Assembly: GCA_905204915.1 (NCBI GenBank)
Contig: CAJLBR010000002.1
Location: forward strand, 21,661 to 53,660
Source: an uncultured Clostridium sp.
GTDB taxonomy: Bacteria; Bacillota; Clostridia; TANB77; CAG-465
Length of the DNA stretch: 32,000 nucleotides
Direction: 5' to 3'
Part shown: positions 1 through 9,119 of the stretch, piece by piece
Numbering within the stretch: the stretch's first letter is position 1
Layout of the letters: each line of letters opens with the position of its first letter
Translations under genes and position numbers: made by a program
Notes under the pieces: model-generated
Told to the model about the DNA's origin: nothing
What the model saw: only the letters and a program-made list of their open reading frames with translations
The model's database searches: none

Positions 1-47
1 TTACTCAATATCTACTTTGCTTTATCATCGGCTATATATCTTTTGAA

Positions 48-76
48 ATTATACCATAGTAACAATGTTTTGTCAA
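48..76 (-). promoter_or_regulatory. SigA-type promoter firing leftwards out of the window
   Basis: Minus strand TTGACA (76..71), 17-nt spacer, TATAAT (53..48). Its target gene lies outside the window. Confidence 0.4.
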
Positions 77-112
77 ACCATCAAGCTAAAATCAAATAAA
101 TATCAAATTATA

Positions 113-427
113 TTAGTTTAAACTTACATCAACATCTTCATTTGCTGTTTCATTTAATTCACTTGTTTCTGCAGGTTGAGTACTTCCAAAAGAGAAAACT
201 TTTCTTTCTTGTTTAGCTTTTTCTTCAAATTTTTTATCAAATTCTGCTTTTGCAGTATCTAAAGATTCTTGCATTGCAGCAAACATTTCTTCTACATCAG
301 ATTTTGTAAAATCGTATACACTACTTCTTGCCATAGGCTCTAATATTTGAATATCATGCATTACTTTATTTACTCTTTTTCCTGCATTCTCCATAAATTT
401 TAATCTTTTTTCTTCATTTATTTCCAT
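113..427 (-). CDS. Hypothetical small acidic/charged protein (104 aa)
   Basis: ATG preceded by GAGAGGGG RBS. Candidate promoter TTGATT-17-TGATATAAA at 468..496. No motif I recognise. Confidence 0.55.
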   Translation of the reverse strand: MEINEEKRLKFMENAGKRVNKVMHDIQILEPMARSSVYDFTKSDVEEMFAAMQESLDTAKAEFDKKFEEKAKQERKVFSFGSTQPAETSELNETANEDVDVSLN

Positions 428-603
428 TTATATTACCCCTCTCATGATGATCATTATCAACATTAGTTTTATATCATAAATTAAAATTTAAATCAAGAAT
501 CTAATTTAATTATTTTCGGCATTTTTGTTGAAAAAAGTTTTTTTATATGATAAAAGTGTAGTAATGGTATTTTTATATACCGCTTACCAAGTTTACATAA
601 TTG

Positions 604-632
604 TTGACTTTAAGCGATATATATGATATAAT
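604..632 (+). promoter_or_regulatory. SigA-type promoter with extended -10
   Basis: TTGACT (604..609), 17-nt spacer, TGATATAAT (624..632). Lies upstream of the 668 CDS. Confidence 0.5.
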
Positions 633-667
633 ATTACTAGACTAAAAAAGAGGAGGATCATGAATTT

Positions 668-928
668 ATGACCGAAAATGAATATATTACAGTAATTAAG
701 CCATTTTTTGAAAACATCAAGAAGTTTTTAAAGAATAAAAAAATCAACAATTTTCAAAAAGGTGAAAGGCTTTTTGTGGAAAACACGCTGATAAAGCTTG
801 TTCAAAATGAGACCGCACCCGCCAAAATATATGCAATTGTATCAAAAACCACTCCAAAAGAAAGAGAAATCTGCCTAAAATACGGCATTAACTTTCAGGC
901 TGTTGAACAGTTGCTAGAAAATGAGTAA
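668..928 (+). CDS. Hypothetical protein (86 aa)
   Basis: GGAGGA RBS at 651..656, ATG at 668, followed by a hairpin terminator. No recognisable motif. Confidence 0.55.
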   Translation: MTENEYITVIKPFFENIKKFLKNKKINNFQKGERLFVENTLIKLVQNETAPAKIYAIVSKTTPKEREICLKYGINFQAVEQLLENE

Positions 929-935
929 AAATAAG

Positions 936-970
936 ACAGGATACTTACTATGTATCCTGTTTTCCTTTTT
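936..970. terminator. Bidirectional intrinsic terminator between convergent genes
   Basis: Stem ACAGGATAC (936..944) / GTATCCTGT (952..960), with T-rich tracts on both sides. Confidence 0.6.
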
Positions 971-2270
971 ATATATAATCTTTGTTTTCTTTCTCTCTTG
1001 AATTATTGCCTTCTTTATTAGAAGTGTACTCAGTTGGAGTTTTTACAACACCCTTTTTTAAGTTTGCAAAGAAATCATTCATTGTTGTTTGTTCTTTATC
1101 TTTATTTGCCTCAACATCATCATTTAATATGTCATCTATATCTTTAACTTCGTATGAAATTTTACCTTCGGCATCATATGACACTCCTATACTTTCGGGC
1201 TCTTTTTCCAATATTTCTATTAATGTTCCAACCATATTTGGATCAAATTGAGTTCCAGCGTTTTCATTTAACTGGTCTATTAATTGATCTTTAGTCTTAC
1301 CGGCTTGATAACTCCTTCCAAACATTGCTTGTGCTGCATCTGCTATTGATACAATTCTTGATAATTTATCTATTTCTTCACCTTTTAGTCCTCTAGGATA
1401 TCCTCTACCATCATATCTTTCATGGTGTTCAGAAGCGATTGATTTTGACCTTTCAAATTTACCCAAATTATATTGTGAAAGTTCTACTTCACCAAATACA
1501 ACGTGTGATTTCATTTCTCCAAACTCTTCATCTGTTAATCTTTCAGGCTTCTTTAAGACCCTATCTGATACATCTTCTTTTCCAATATCATGTAATAGTG
1601 CTCCTACTTTAAGTATATCTCTTTCTTCATCGGATAACCCCATCTTTATTGCCATTTCATCAGCAATTAGAGAAACAGATTTTATATGACCTGCTGTATA
1701 GTGATCTTTTTCATTATCTATTTTTTCAACTATCTTTTTTGTAAGATCAAATATTTCAGTTTCTTTCACTTTTAGCTGCTCTTTAGTTCTTAGAGCATCA
1801 TTTTTTATTCCCTTTAAATTTTGACCTAATATTTTAGATTCAGTATTTATATCATAATGAAACAAACTACCATTAAAGTCATCAACTAACATATCCCCAA
1901 CTTCTATTGAGTTATTTTTACTAATTTCATCAGTTGAATCATATATATTCATAAGTTTCGTATTTGTACCTTGTTCTATATCCTTTGTTAATATTCTTTT
2001 TAATGTTTCCTTATTTTCACTACTATTGATGTATTCAGCCGAAAATATAAAACAATCGATGCCACCCATATCAATAAATTTATCCAAAGTTTCTTTACTC
2101 ATATTATCTACATTAATTAAGGTAACATCTTTAGAAGAACCATACGCATTATTTAGCATTTCTCCTATTTTATCTCTATTTCGATTTTGAACATTAAAAC
2201 TAGTAGCAATTATAAACTTGTTCATTAAATCACCTACTAAAGATTTACCACAAAATATAATTTTTTTCAA
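969..2270 (-). CDS. HD-GYP domain c-di-GMP phosphodiesterase with an uncharacterised N-terminal domain
   Basis: Motifs HDIGK and HHERYDGRGYP sit in the C-terminal half. The more likely start is ATG at 2225 (MNKFII), preceded by AGGTGA; the 2270 start has no RBS. Confidence 0.85.
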   Translation of the reverse strand: MKKIIFCGKSLVGDLMNKFIIATSFNVQNRNRDKIGEMLNNAYGSSKDVTLINVDNMSKETLDKFIDMGGIDCFIFSAEYINSSENKETLKRILTKDIEQGTNTKLMNIYDSTDEISKNNSIEVGDMLVDDFNGSLFHYDINTESKILGQNLKGIKNDALRTKEQLKVKETEIFDLTKKIVEKIDNEKDHYTAGHIKSVSLIADEMAIKMGLSDEERDILKVGALLHDIGKEDVSDRVLKKPERLTDEEFGEMKSHVVFGEVELSQYNLGKFERSKSIASEHHERYDGRGYPRGLKGEEIDKLSRIVSIADAAQAMFGRSYQAGKTKDQLIDQLNENAGTQFDPNMVGTLIEILEKEPESIGVSYDAEGKISYEVKDIDDILNDDVEANKDKEQTTMNDFFANLKKGVVKTPTEYTSNKEGNNSREKENKDYI

Positions 2271-2331
2271 TACAAAACTAAATTAAATTATAAAATCAAC
2301 TAAATTATTTTAAAATTTAATATAAAAATAA

Positions 2332-2362
2332 GACACAACAAACATTATGTGTTTGTCATGTC
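2332..2362 (-). terminator. Intrinsic terminator after the alcohol dehydrogenase gene
   Basis: Imperfect hairpin (core ACAAACA/TGTTTGT) followed by a T-rich run on the minus strand. Confidence 0.45.
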
Positions 2363-2370
2363 CTAAAAAA

Positions 2371-3522
2371 TTACATTGCTTCTCTATAAATTTTAATTAT
2401 ATCTTCAACGCTTGGAGTTCTTGGATTACCAGGAGTACATGCATCATTCATTGCTTTTTTTGCAAGCATTTCTAGATCCTCTTCTCTTCCACCAACATCT
2501 GAAACTGTTTGAGTAATACCAACACTAGCAGATAACTCTTTTATTTTTTGAACCATAGTGTAAATTACTCCCTCTTTAGACATATTTTTAGCTGGTTCAC
2601 CAAGTGCAATTAAGATATCTCTAAATCTCTCATAACATACTTCACCATTATATTTCATTACATGTGGTAACAAAATTGCATTTGCTATTCCATGTGGGGT
2701 ATCATATACTGCACCTAATTGGTGTGCCATTGAATGAACTATTCCAAGTCCAACATTTGAAAATCCCATTCCTGCAACATATTGAGCAAGGGCCATTTGT
2801 TCAATTGCCTCTTCATCTTTTTCATTAACAGCAGCTGGTAAATATTTAAAAATGTTTTGTATTGCTCTTATATGGAACATATCTGATAGTTCCCAAGCAG
2901 CTTTTGTAATATATCCCTCAATTGCATGAGTTAATGCATCCATTCCAGTTGCAGCAGCAAGCATTTTAGGCATAGAAGCCATAAGCTCACTATCAACAAT
3001 AGCTATAATTGGAATATCATGTGGATCAACACATACCATTTTAGTTTTTGTTTCTTCATCAGTAATAACATAATTTATTGTAACCTCAGCAGCAGTACCA
3101 GATGTAGTTGGCAATGCTATTATTGGAAGAGCTTTATTTTTTGTATCAGCTGTACCTTCTAATGATACAACATCACTAAATTCCTCATTAGTTGCAATTA
3201 TTCCTATTGCTTTAGCAGTATCTATTGAACTTCCTCCACCTACAGCAACTAAAACATCTGCACCAAACTCCTTACAAATCTTTAGTCCATTTAACACATT
3301 TGTAACTGTTGGATTTGGTTTTACATCTGAATAAACTTCATACTCAATTCCTGTATTATCTAATACATCTAGTACTTTAGCGGTAACCCCTGCTTCATAT
3401 AAAGCCTTATCTGTAACTACTAAAACTTTTTTAAATCCTCTATTAATTATCTCTGTAGAAAGTACACTTCTAGCACCTTTCCCATGATAAGACATTTCGT
3501 TTAAAACAAATCTATTAACCAT
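2371..3522 (-). CDS. fucO: Iron-dependent alcohol dehydrogenase, lactaldehyde reductase/1,2-propanediol oxidoreductase type
   Basis: Near full-length resemblance to E. coli FucO as I remember it: GGGSSIDTAKAIG, TTSGTAAEVTINYVITDEE, DALTHAIEGYIT, GFSNVGLGIVHSMAH, TPHGIANAILLPHVM. GAGGTG RBS. Confidence 0.9.
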   Translation of the reverse strand: MVNRFVLNEMSYHGKGARSVLSTEIINRGFKKVLVVTDKALYEAGVTAKVLDVLDNTGIEYEVYSDVKPNPTVTNVLNGLKICKEFGADVLVAVGGGSSIDTAKAIGIIATNEEFSDVVSLEGTADTKNKALPIIALPTTSGTAAEVTINYVITDEETKTKMVCVDPHDIPIIAIVDSELMASMPKMLAAATGMDALTHAIEGYITKAAWELSDMFHIRAIQNIFKYLPAAVNEKDEEAIEQMALAQYVAGMGFSNVGLGIVHSMAHQLGAVYDTPHGIANAILLPHVMKYNGEVCYERFRDILIALGEPAKNMSKEGVIYTMVQKIKELSASVGITQTVSDVGGREEDLEMLAKKAMNDACTPGNPRTPSVEDIIKIYREAM

Positions 3523-3689
3523 ATAATCACCTCTATATAAGAATTATAACAAAGAATAAAAAATTAATCAACAGCTTATAAATATTATATAACATCTCAA
3601 TACACTTTAAGTGTTATTATACATATTTTTAGATTGTTTAAATAAAATTATAAATGTTATATCATAATAATATTAGTGGAGGTTTTTAC

Positions 3690-4031
3690 ATGGCAAAAAG
3701 ATCTAAGGAAATATTGGTTATAAATACAAAAGCTTTTGGCAAGAAAATTTGTGATGCCAGAAAAAAATATGGTTACACTCAATTTGAATTATCAGAGATA
3801 CTTAAAGTATCACCTAATTTTTTAGGAGACATTGAACGTGGTAAAAAGCTTCCAAGTCTAAATAAAACTATACTTATAGCCAACGAATTACAATTAAGTT
3901 TAGACTACTTATTTTCTGAATCTTTAGATAATGAAATAAATGAACCCGGAGATGTGTACTTTACTGATAAGCAGCTTGCATCACTAAATAGAGTGGTAAA
4001 AGAAATAACAAATAACTTTAAAGAATGCTAG
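3690..4031 (+). CDS. XRE-family helix-turn-helix transcriptional regulator
   Basis: HTH signature YTQFELSEILKVSPNFLGDIERGKK. I prefer ATG 3690 (GGAGG 8 nt upstream) over the ORF-track start at 3654. Divergent from fucO. Confidence 0.8.
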   Translation: MAKRSKEILVINTKAFGKKICDARKKYGYTQFELSEILKVSPNFLGDIERGKKLPSLNKTILIANELQLSLDYLFSESLDNEINEPGDVYFTDKQLASLNRVVKEITNNFKEC

Positions 4032-4126
4032 TTTTTCATACTTCCATATAAAGTATAAATATATTTATTATTTTATATTTCAAGTCATGAAAATTAATCA
4101 TAGATTTATAAAAAAATTATAAAATT

Positions 4127-4156
4127 AAAATGTTGGGGCGATTACCCCAACATTTT
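4127..4156. terminator. Bidirectional intrinsic terminator
   Basis: Perfect 12-bp stem AAAATGTTGGGG / CCCCAACATTTT with a 6-nt loop. Confidence 0.7.
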
Positions 4157-4157
4157 T

Positions 4158-4931
4158 CTATTTAATATTGTAAAATCTTAATGAGTTATTATAAACTTTT
4201 TCAGCCACATAATCCATATTTAATCCTTTATAATCTGAAAGTTTTCTACATATTATTGGTAAATTAGCAGAAGTATTTATTGTTCCTCTATAAGGAACAG
4301 GTGCTAGATATGGTGAATCAGTTTCTATAACAATTTGATCTAGTGGTATTTTCCTTATATACTCTTTAAAACTTTCATTTCTTTTAAAAGTAATATTACC
4401 ACCAAATGCTACAAAATATCCTTTTTCTATTACGAGTCTTACTAAGTCATCGGTTGGTTGAAAGCAATGAAATAGTGTTCCATACTCAGCTTGTTTTTCA
4501 TTTTTTAGTATATTGTATGTATCAAGTCCGGCATCTCTAGAATGGATTAAAATAGGAAGTTTTAATGTGTTTGCAAGTTCTATTTGCTCTATGAATAATT
4601 TTTTCTGTTTTTCTTTATTATCCTTTACAAAGGCATAATCTAATCCTATTTCGCCAATAGCTACTATTTTTTGATTATAATAAGTGTTATATACGTCCAA
4701 TACATCTTTAGCAGTGAAATTATCTACATCATGAGGATGAATTCCTATAGCAGCATATATTTGCTCATATTTATTTGATAATTCTATTGATCTTATAGAA
4801 GAAGGCACATCGTACCCAACATTAATTATACGGTCCACTCCGGCATCAATGCATTTTTTTATTGTTTCATCTTCTATTCCTTTAAAATTTTCATCATTGT
4901 AATGTGCATGAGTATCTATAAACTTCATCAT
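4158..4931 (-). CDS. tatD: TatD-family metal-dependent hydrolase/DNase
   Basis: N-terminal FIDTHAH motif, plus EIGLDY, HSRDA and ETDSPYL motifs. The ORF-track start at 4940 is TTG inside the GGAGGA RBS, so the true start is ATG 4931 or 4928. Confidence 0.85.
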   Translation of the reverse strand: MMKFIDTHAHYNDENFKGIEDETIKKCIDAGVDRIINVGYDVPSSIRSIELSNKYEQIYAAIGIHPHDVDNFTAKDVLDVYNTYYNQKIVAIGEIGLDYAFVKDNKEKQKKLFIEQIELANTLKLPILIHSRDAGLDTYNILKNEKQAEYGTLFHCFQPTDDLVRLVIEKGYFVAFGGNITFKRNESFKEYIRKIPLDQIVIETDSPYLAPVPYRGTINTSANLPIICRKLSDYKGLNMDYVAEKVYNNSLRFYNIK

Positions 4932-4941
4932 TTCCTCCAAA

Positions 4942-6330
4942 TTAATTTACTTTCACTTTCGTTGGTAAAGTTATTACAACCTCTGTTCCAACATTTACTA
5001 CACTTCTTATATCTATTGTTCCGTTATTTCCATCAATAATTTCTTTTACTATTGATAATCCAAGCCCTGTACCGCCCATTTTTCTAGACCTAGCTTTATC
5101 AACTCTATAGAATCTTTCAAAAATTCTTTGTAAATCTTTTTCTGGTATTCCTATACCATTATCTACAACCTTTATATATGCATTTGAATTTATAGAACCA
5201 ACATATAGTTTAATTTCTCCACCATCAGGAGTATACTTAATACTATTTGTTAGTATATTAACTATTACTTGTTCTATAGCATCTCTATCAGCGTATACCT
5301 TTGGAGGTGAAACCATTACTATACATTCTAGTTTATGATTCTTTTCACCAGCAACAAATTTCATTTTTTCACATACAGATTTACACAAATCTTCTAAAGA
5401 GAACATCATTTTCTTCCAACTTACTTTTTTATAATCAAATCTTGATAATTGTAATAAGTCTGATACAAGTCTACCCATTCTATTTGCCTCTTGGTTTATA
5501 ACTCTTGAGAATTTTTCAACCTCTTCTTGAGTTAAATTACCATTCATCATAGTCTCTGAGTATCCTTTTATAGAAGTAAGCGGTGTTTTTAGTTCATGGG
5601 AAACATTAGAAACAAATTCTTTTCTCATATTATCAAGCTTAACATTTTCAGTAATATTTCTCACCATCATTATAACTCCCATTGGAGTCAAACTGTTACT
5701 GAAAAATGGCGCAAATATTATATTTAATACATTTTCACCGACGGTTATTTTTGTTTCTATACTTTTGTAATTTGATAGATATATAACTTGATCAAATTTA
5801 ATATCTATCTTTAGCTTTTTGGTAATTTTATTAAATGTATCTTCAGAATTACTAAGTCCTAATAGTCTAATTGCAGGTTTGTTAATATGCACAACCTGTT
5901 CATTAATTGAAAAGGCCACAACACCATCTGCAATGTGTTCTAGTATAATTTCAGTTTTACTCTGTTGGCTATTAAGGTCAATATGATTTTTCTTTATTAA
6001 TTCCATCATTTGTGTATAAGATTCCACAAAATCATTTATCTCAACCAAATTACTGCAATTCTTTAAATTTTTAGTATCTAATATTTTTCCAGATGCCACA
6101 TTTTTCATATTTTTTTCTATTTTTTTGAGTGGCGCAGTAATAAGATTTGATATTATATTAGCAAATATTACCGCTACAATTATAAAAAATACTAGTACAG
6201 CAATATTTCCAGCTGAAAATATCGAATCTGTTTTAATAAAGTTCCCAGATAGTATAATAGTAGCTATAAAAACTATAACTACCATTGTAATACTTAAAAA
6301 TACGATATTGAATTTTATTGAATTTTTCAT
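4942..6330 (-). CDS. Two-component sensor histidine kinase (WalK/VicK/PhoR-like)
   Basis: Two N-terminal TM segments, a HAMP/PAS-like region, H-box SHELKTPLTSI, and an ATPase region DNGIGIP...GGTGLGLSIV. ATG 6330 is preferred (GGAG 7 nt upstream); the ORF-track start at 6342 is TTG. Confidence 0.85.
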   Translation of the reverse strand: MKNSIKFNIVFLSITMVVIVFIATIILSGNFIKTDSIFSAGNIAVLVFFIIVAVIFANIISNLITAPLKKIEKNMKNVASGKILDTKNLKNCSNLVEINDFVESYTQMMELIKKNHIDLNSQQSKTEIILEHIADGVVAFSINEQVVHINKPAIRLLGLSNSEDTFNKITKKLKIDIKFDQVIYLSNYKSIETKITVGENVLNIIFAPFFSNSLTPMGVIMMVRNITENVKLDNMRKEFVSNVSHELKTPLTSIKGYSETMMNGNLTQEEVEKFSRVINQEANRMGRLVSDLLQLSRFDYKKVSWKKMMFSLEDLCKSVCEKMKFVAGEKNHKLECIVMVSPPKVYADRDAIEQVIVNILTNSIKYTPDGGEIKLYVGSINSNAYIKVVDNGIGIPEKDLQRIFERFYRVDKARSRKMGGTGLGLSIVKEIIDGNNGTIDIRSVVNVGTEVVITLPTKVKVN

Positions 6331-6353
6331 AAATTTCTCCAAACTAAAATTCT

Positions 6354-7055
6354 CTAATCACAAACGTAATATCCCATACCTCTTTTTGTTTGAACATATT
6401 GAGGATCAGCAGAATTTTTTTCTATTTTTTCTCTTAATCTTCTAATTGTAACATCGACAGTTCTAGCATCACCATAAAAATCGTATCCCCAAACACCTCT
6501 TAATATTTGTTCTCTTGTAAACACTTGATTTGGTGCAGAAGAAAGCATTTTTAAAAGTTCAAATTCTTTTACTGTAAGATCTATAGTCTTGTTATTAATA
6601 ATGGCAATATAACGTTCTGGATCTATTATCATATCCTTTATTTTTATTCTGTTTTTTGAATTCTTAGAATCTTTTTCTTCTTCTGGTAGCACATGTTTTC
6701 TTAAGTTAGCTTTTACTCTTGCAATAACCTCTCTTATACTGAATGGTTTTGTCATGTAATCATCTGCCCCAAGTTCAAGACCAATTATTTTATCTACAAC
6801 TTCTTCTTTTGCTGTAAGCATAATTATAGGACAAGTTAAATGTTTTCTTAACTCTTTACAAACATTAAATCCATCTATTTTGGGTAGCATTAAGTCTAAT
6901 AAAATTAAATCTGGTTTTAATTCTAAAGCTACTCTTATAGCCTCTTCACCATCATAAACGGCTGTAGTTTGAAATCCTTCTTTAGTTAAGTTAAAATCCA
7001 AAATATCAACAATTGGCTTTTCATCATCAACAATCAAAATTTTCTTCTCATTCAT
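6354..7055 (-). CDS. walR: OmpR-family response regulator, WalR/YycF-like
   Basis: KILIVDDEKPIVDILDFNLTKEG...DLILLDLMLP...IIMLTAK...GADDYMTKPFS...ARVKANLR closely parallels B. subtilis WalR as I recall it. Winged-helix C-terminus ends ...TKRGMGY. Confidence 0.7.
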   Translation of the reverse strand: MNEKKILIVDDEKPIVDILDFNLTKEGFQTTAVYDGEEAIRVALELKPDLILLDLMLPKIDGFNVCKELRKHLTCPIIMLTAKEEVVDKIIGLELGADDYMTKPFSIREVIARVKANLRKHVLPEEEKDSKNSKNRIKIKDMIIDPERYIAIINNKTIDLTVKEFELLKMLSSAPNQVFTREQILRGVWGYDFYGDARTVDVTIRRLREKIEKNSADPQYVQTKRGMGYYVCD

Positions 7056-7143
7056 ACAAACACACCTCGTTATTTTTTTACAAAATAATTATACCATGTA
7101 TACATTTTTTTTGCTACTTTTTTTGAAATTTTTTTAATTTTTT

Positions 7144-7160
7144 TGTAATTTTAATGTAAC
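7144..7160 (+). promoter_or_regulatory. WalR-type direct repeat TGTAAT-N5-TGTAAC
   Basis: Exact fit to the published WalR consensus TGTWAH-N5-TGTWAH, in the walR-like/tspO divergent intergenic region. A third TGTAAC lies at 7175..7180. Confidence 0.35.
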
Positions 7161-7244
7161 CTTATTTTAATTATTGTAACCTACTTAAAATATTTTTAAT
7201 ATATTGGTATTTTTTTCATAGAATAATATTAGGAGTGATACTAA

Positions 7245-7718
7245 ATGAAAAATGTAAATTATAAATTATTAATAACTTTTATAATTGTAGCACTAGCATT
7301 TGGAGGAATAGGAGCATTACTTGGTGGTAATATGGATGCTTTCCAAGAAATAAACAAACCAAGCTTTTCACCTCCAGCAATACTGTTTCCTATAGTGTGG
7401 TCAATTCTATACATATTAATGGGAATATCCTCATATTTAATTTGTGTAAATAACACTGATTTTGAGAAATTTAAATATAAAGCTTTAGGTGTATATTTAG
7501 TTCAATTAATTATAAATAGTTTATGGACATTATTTTTCTTTAGACTAGAGTGGTTTTTATTTGCGTTCATATGGTTAATTTTATTACTAGTATTTGTTAT
7601 AATAATGTTTATAAAATTTTATAAAATATCACCAATTGCTGGACTTTTACAAATACCTTATGTATTGTGGTTAATATTTGCAGGTGTATTAAATTATGCA
7701 ATTTACACTTTAAATTAA
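7245..7718 (+). CDS. tspO: TspO/MBR tryptophan-rich sensory protein
   Basis: Five TM segments with Trp-rich motifs (FPIVWSILYILMG, NSLWTLFFF). AGGAG RBS. Confidence 0.85.
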   Translation: MKNVNYKLLITFIIVALAFGGIGALLGGNMDAFQEINKPSFSPPAILFPIVWSILYILMGISSYLICVNNTDFEKFKYKALGVYLVQLIINSLWTLFFFRLEWFLFAFIWLILLLVFVIIMFIKFYKISPIAGLLQIPYVLWLIFAGVLNYAIYTLN

Positions 7719-7737
7719 AAAATAATAAATGAAAAAA

Positions 7738-7768
7738 ACTTGAGTCAAAATTACTCAAGTCTTTTTTT
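7738..7768. terminator. Bidirectional intrinsic terminator
   Basis: Stem ACTTGAGT (7738..7745) / ACTCAAGT (7753..7760), flanked by A-run and T-run. Confidence 0.7.
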
Positions 7769-7793
7769 GTTTTAAACATTAAATATGCAAATA

Positions 7794-9119
7794 CTACATA
7801 TCACTCATTACATATTCTTTAAATTTGTTTCCTCTATCTTCAAAATTCTTAAAGTGAGTATAGCTAGCAGCTGCTGGTGACATAGCACAAATCATACCTT
7901 TTTTAGTTATTTTTTTTGCATAAAAAGTAGCATCTTTTAAGTCATCAAAATATTTAACATTCTTCGTTGTATTTTCATCCATTAACATATTCAATATTTT
8001 TTTGCCTGTTTCATAAACGCATATTATATTTTCTACATTACACTCATTAAGATATTTAGCAAATTCCTCATATTCTATTCCTCTATCCATACCGCCTATT
8101 ATAATCGTGTTAACATTTTTTAAAGTTTCTATACACATTATTGCAGCTTCTGGAATTGTTGCAATTGAATCATTATAATATGTTACATCGTCAAAAGTAC
8201 CTACTTTTTCTAGTCTATGTGGTAATGATTTAAATTCATATGTAGTATTTGTTGCTCTTTTTAAATCAAGATTTAAAATTTTAGATATTTCTAATGCAAC
8301 CATAATATTAAATGCATTGTGTTCACCTAAAATTCCTCTTTCATGATTAAAATCAAAGAAATCATATTTTTCCTTTTGTTTAATGCTTATAGGAATTAAA
8401 TTAGATTTTAAATTAGCACTATTTATATGTTTTAAAAGAAGTTCATCATTTGCATTAAATATAGCAAAGTCTTCCTTAGTCTGATATCTTAGCACATTTA
8501 CCTTTGAATTTATATATTCTTCATAAGAATTATAATGATCAAGATGCTCTTCAAAAACATTTAATACAACTCCAATATGTGGAGAATGTTTTATGTATTG
8601 AGCTTGATGTGAAGAAATTTCTATTACTACAATATCATTTTTACTAATTTCATCTATTTCTGTAAATATTGGCTTACCTATATTACCTAAAAAGTGAACA
8701 TTTCCAGTTTGTTCTCTTATTATACTATATATAAGAGAAGAAGTTGTACTTTTACCTTTAGTTCCCGTAATACCAATTGTTAAAGAATCTGTATATTTCA
8801 AAAACATTTCTAACTGAGATGTTATTTTAGATTCAAATGAAGATATATCTACTCCCTTAAAAGAAATTCCAGGAGATTTAAAAATAATATCGTACTCATT
8901 TAAAAGTTCTAGATATTCGTGAGTTTTTATAACATTTAAATTCATATCCTCGTAATATTCTTTATTATCTTCACTTAAAATGTCTATATTTTCATCTATT
9001 ACATCTATTACAATATCACCTAAATGTTTCCTTAAAAACTCATAAGTTGATTTTCCTTCTCTTCCAAAACCCAAAATAACAATTCTTTTATTTTCTAATT
9101 CTTTTATCATCTCTTGCAT
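7794..9119 (-). CDS. murD: Mur ligase of MurD type (UDP-MurNAc-L-Ala:glutamate ligase); D- or L-Glu specificity unresolved
   Basis: N-terminal Rossmann motif VILGFGREGKS and Mur ligase P-loop GITGTKGKSTT. Its ATG directly abuts the upstream stop (TAAATG at 9117..9122). Confidence 0.8.
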   Translation of the reverse strand: MQEMIKELENKRIVILGFGREGKSTYEFLRKHLGDIVIDVIDENIDILSEDNKEYYEDMNLNVIKTHEYLELLNEYDIIFKSPGISFKGVDISSFESKITSQLEMFLKYTDSLTIGITGTKGKSTTSSLIYSIIREQTGNVHFLGNIGKPIFTEIDEISKNDIVVIEISSHQAQYIKHSPHIGVVLNVFEEHLDHYNSYEEYINSKVNVLRYQTKEDFAIFNANDELLLKHINSANLKSNLIPISIKQKEKYDFFDFNHERGILGEHNAFNIMVALEISKILNLDLKRATNTTYEFKSLPHRLEKVGTFDDVTYYNDSIATIPEAAIMCIETLKNVNTIIIGGMDRGIEYEEFAKYLNECNVENIICVYETGKKILNMLMDENTTKNVKYFDDLKDATFYAKKITKKGMICAMSPAAASYTHFKNFEDRGNKFKEYVMSDM

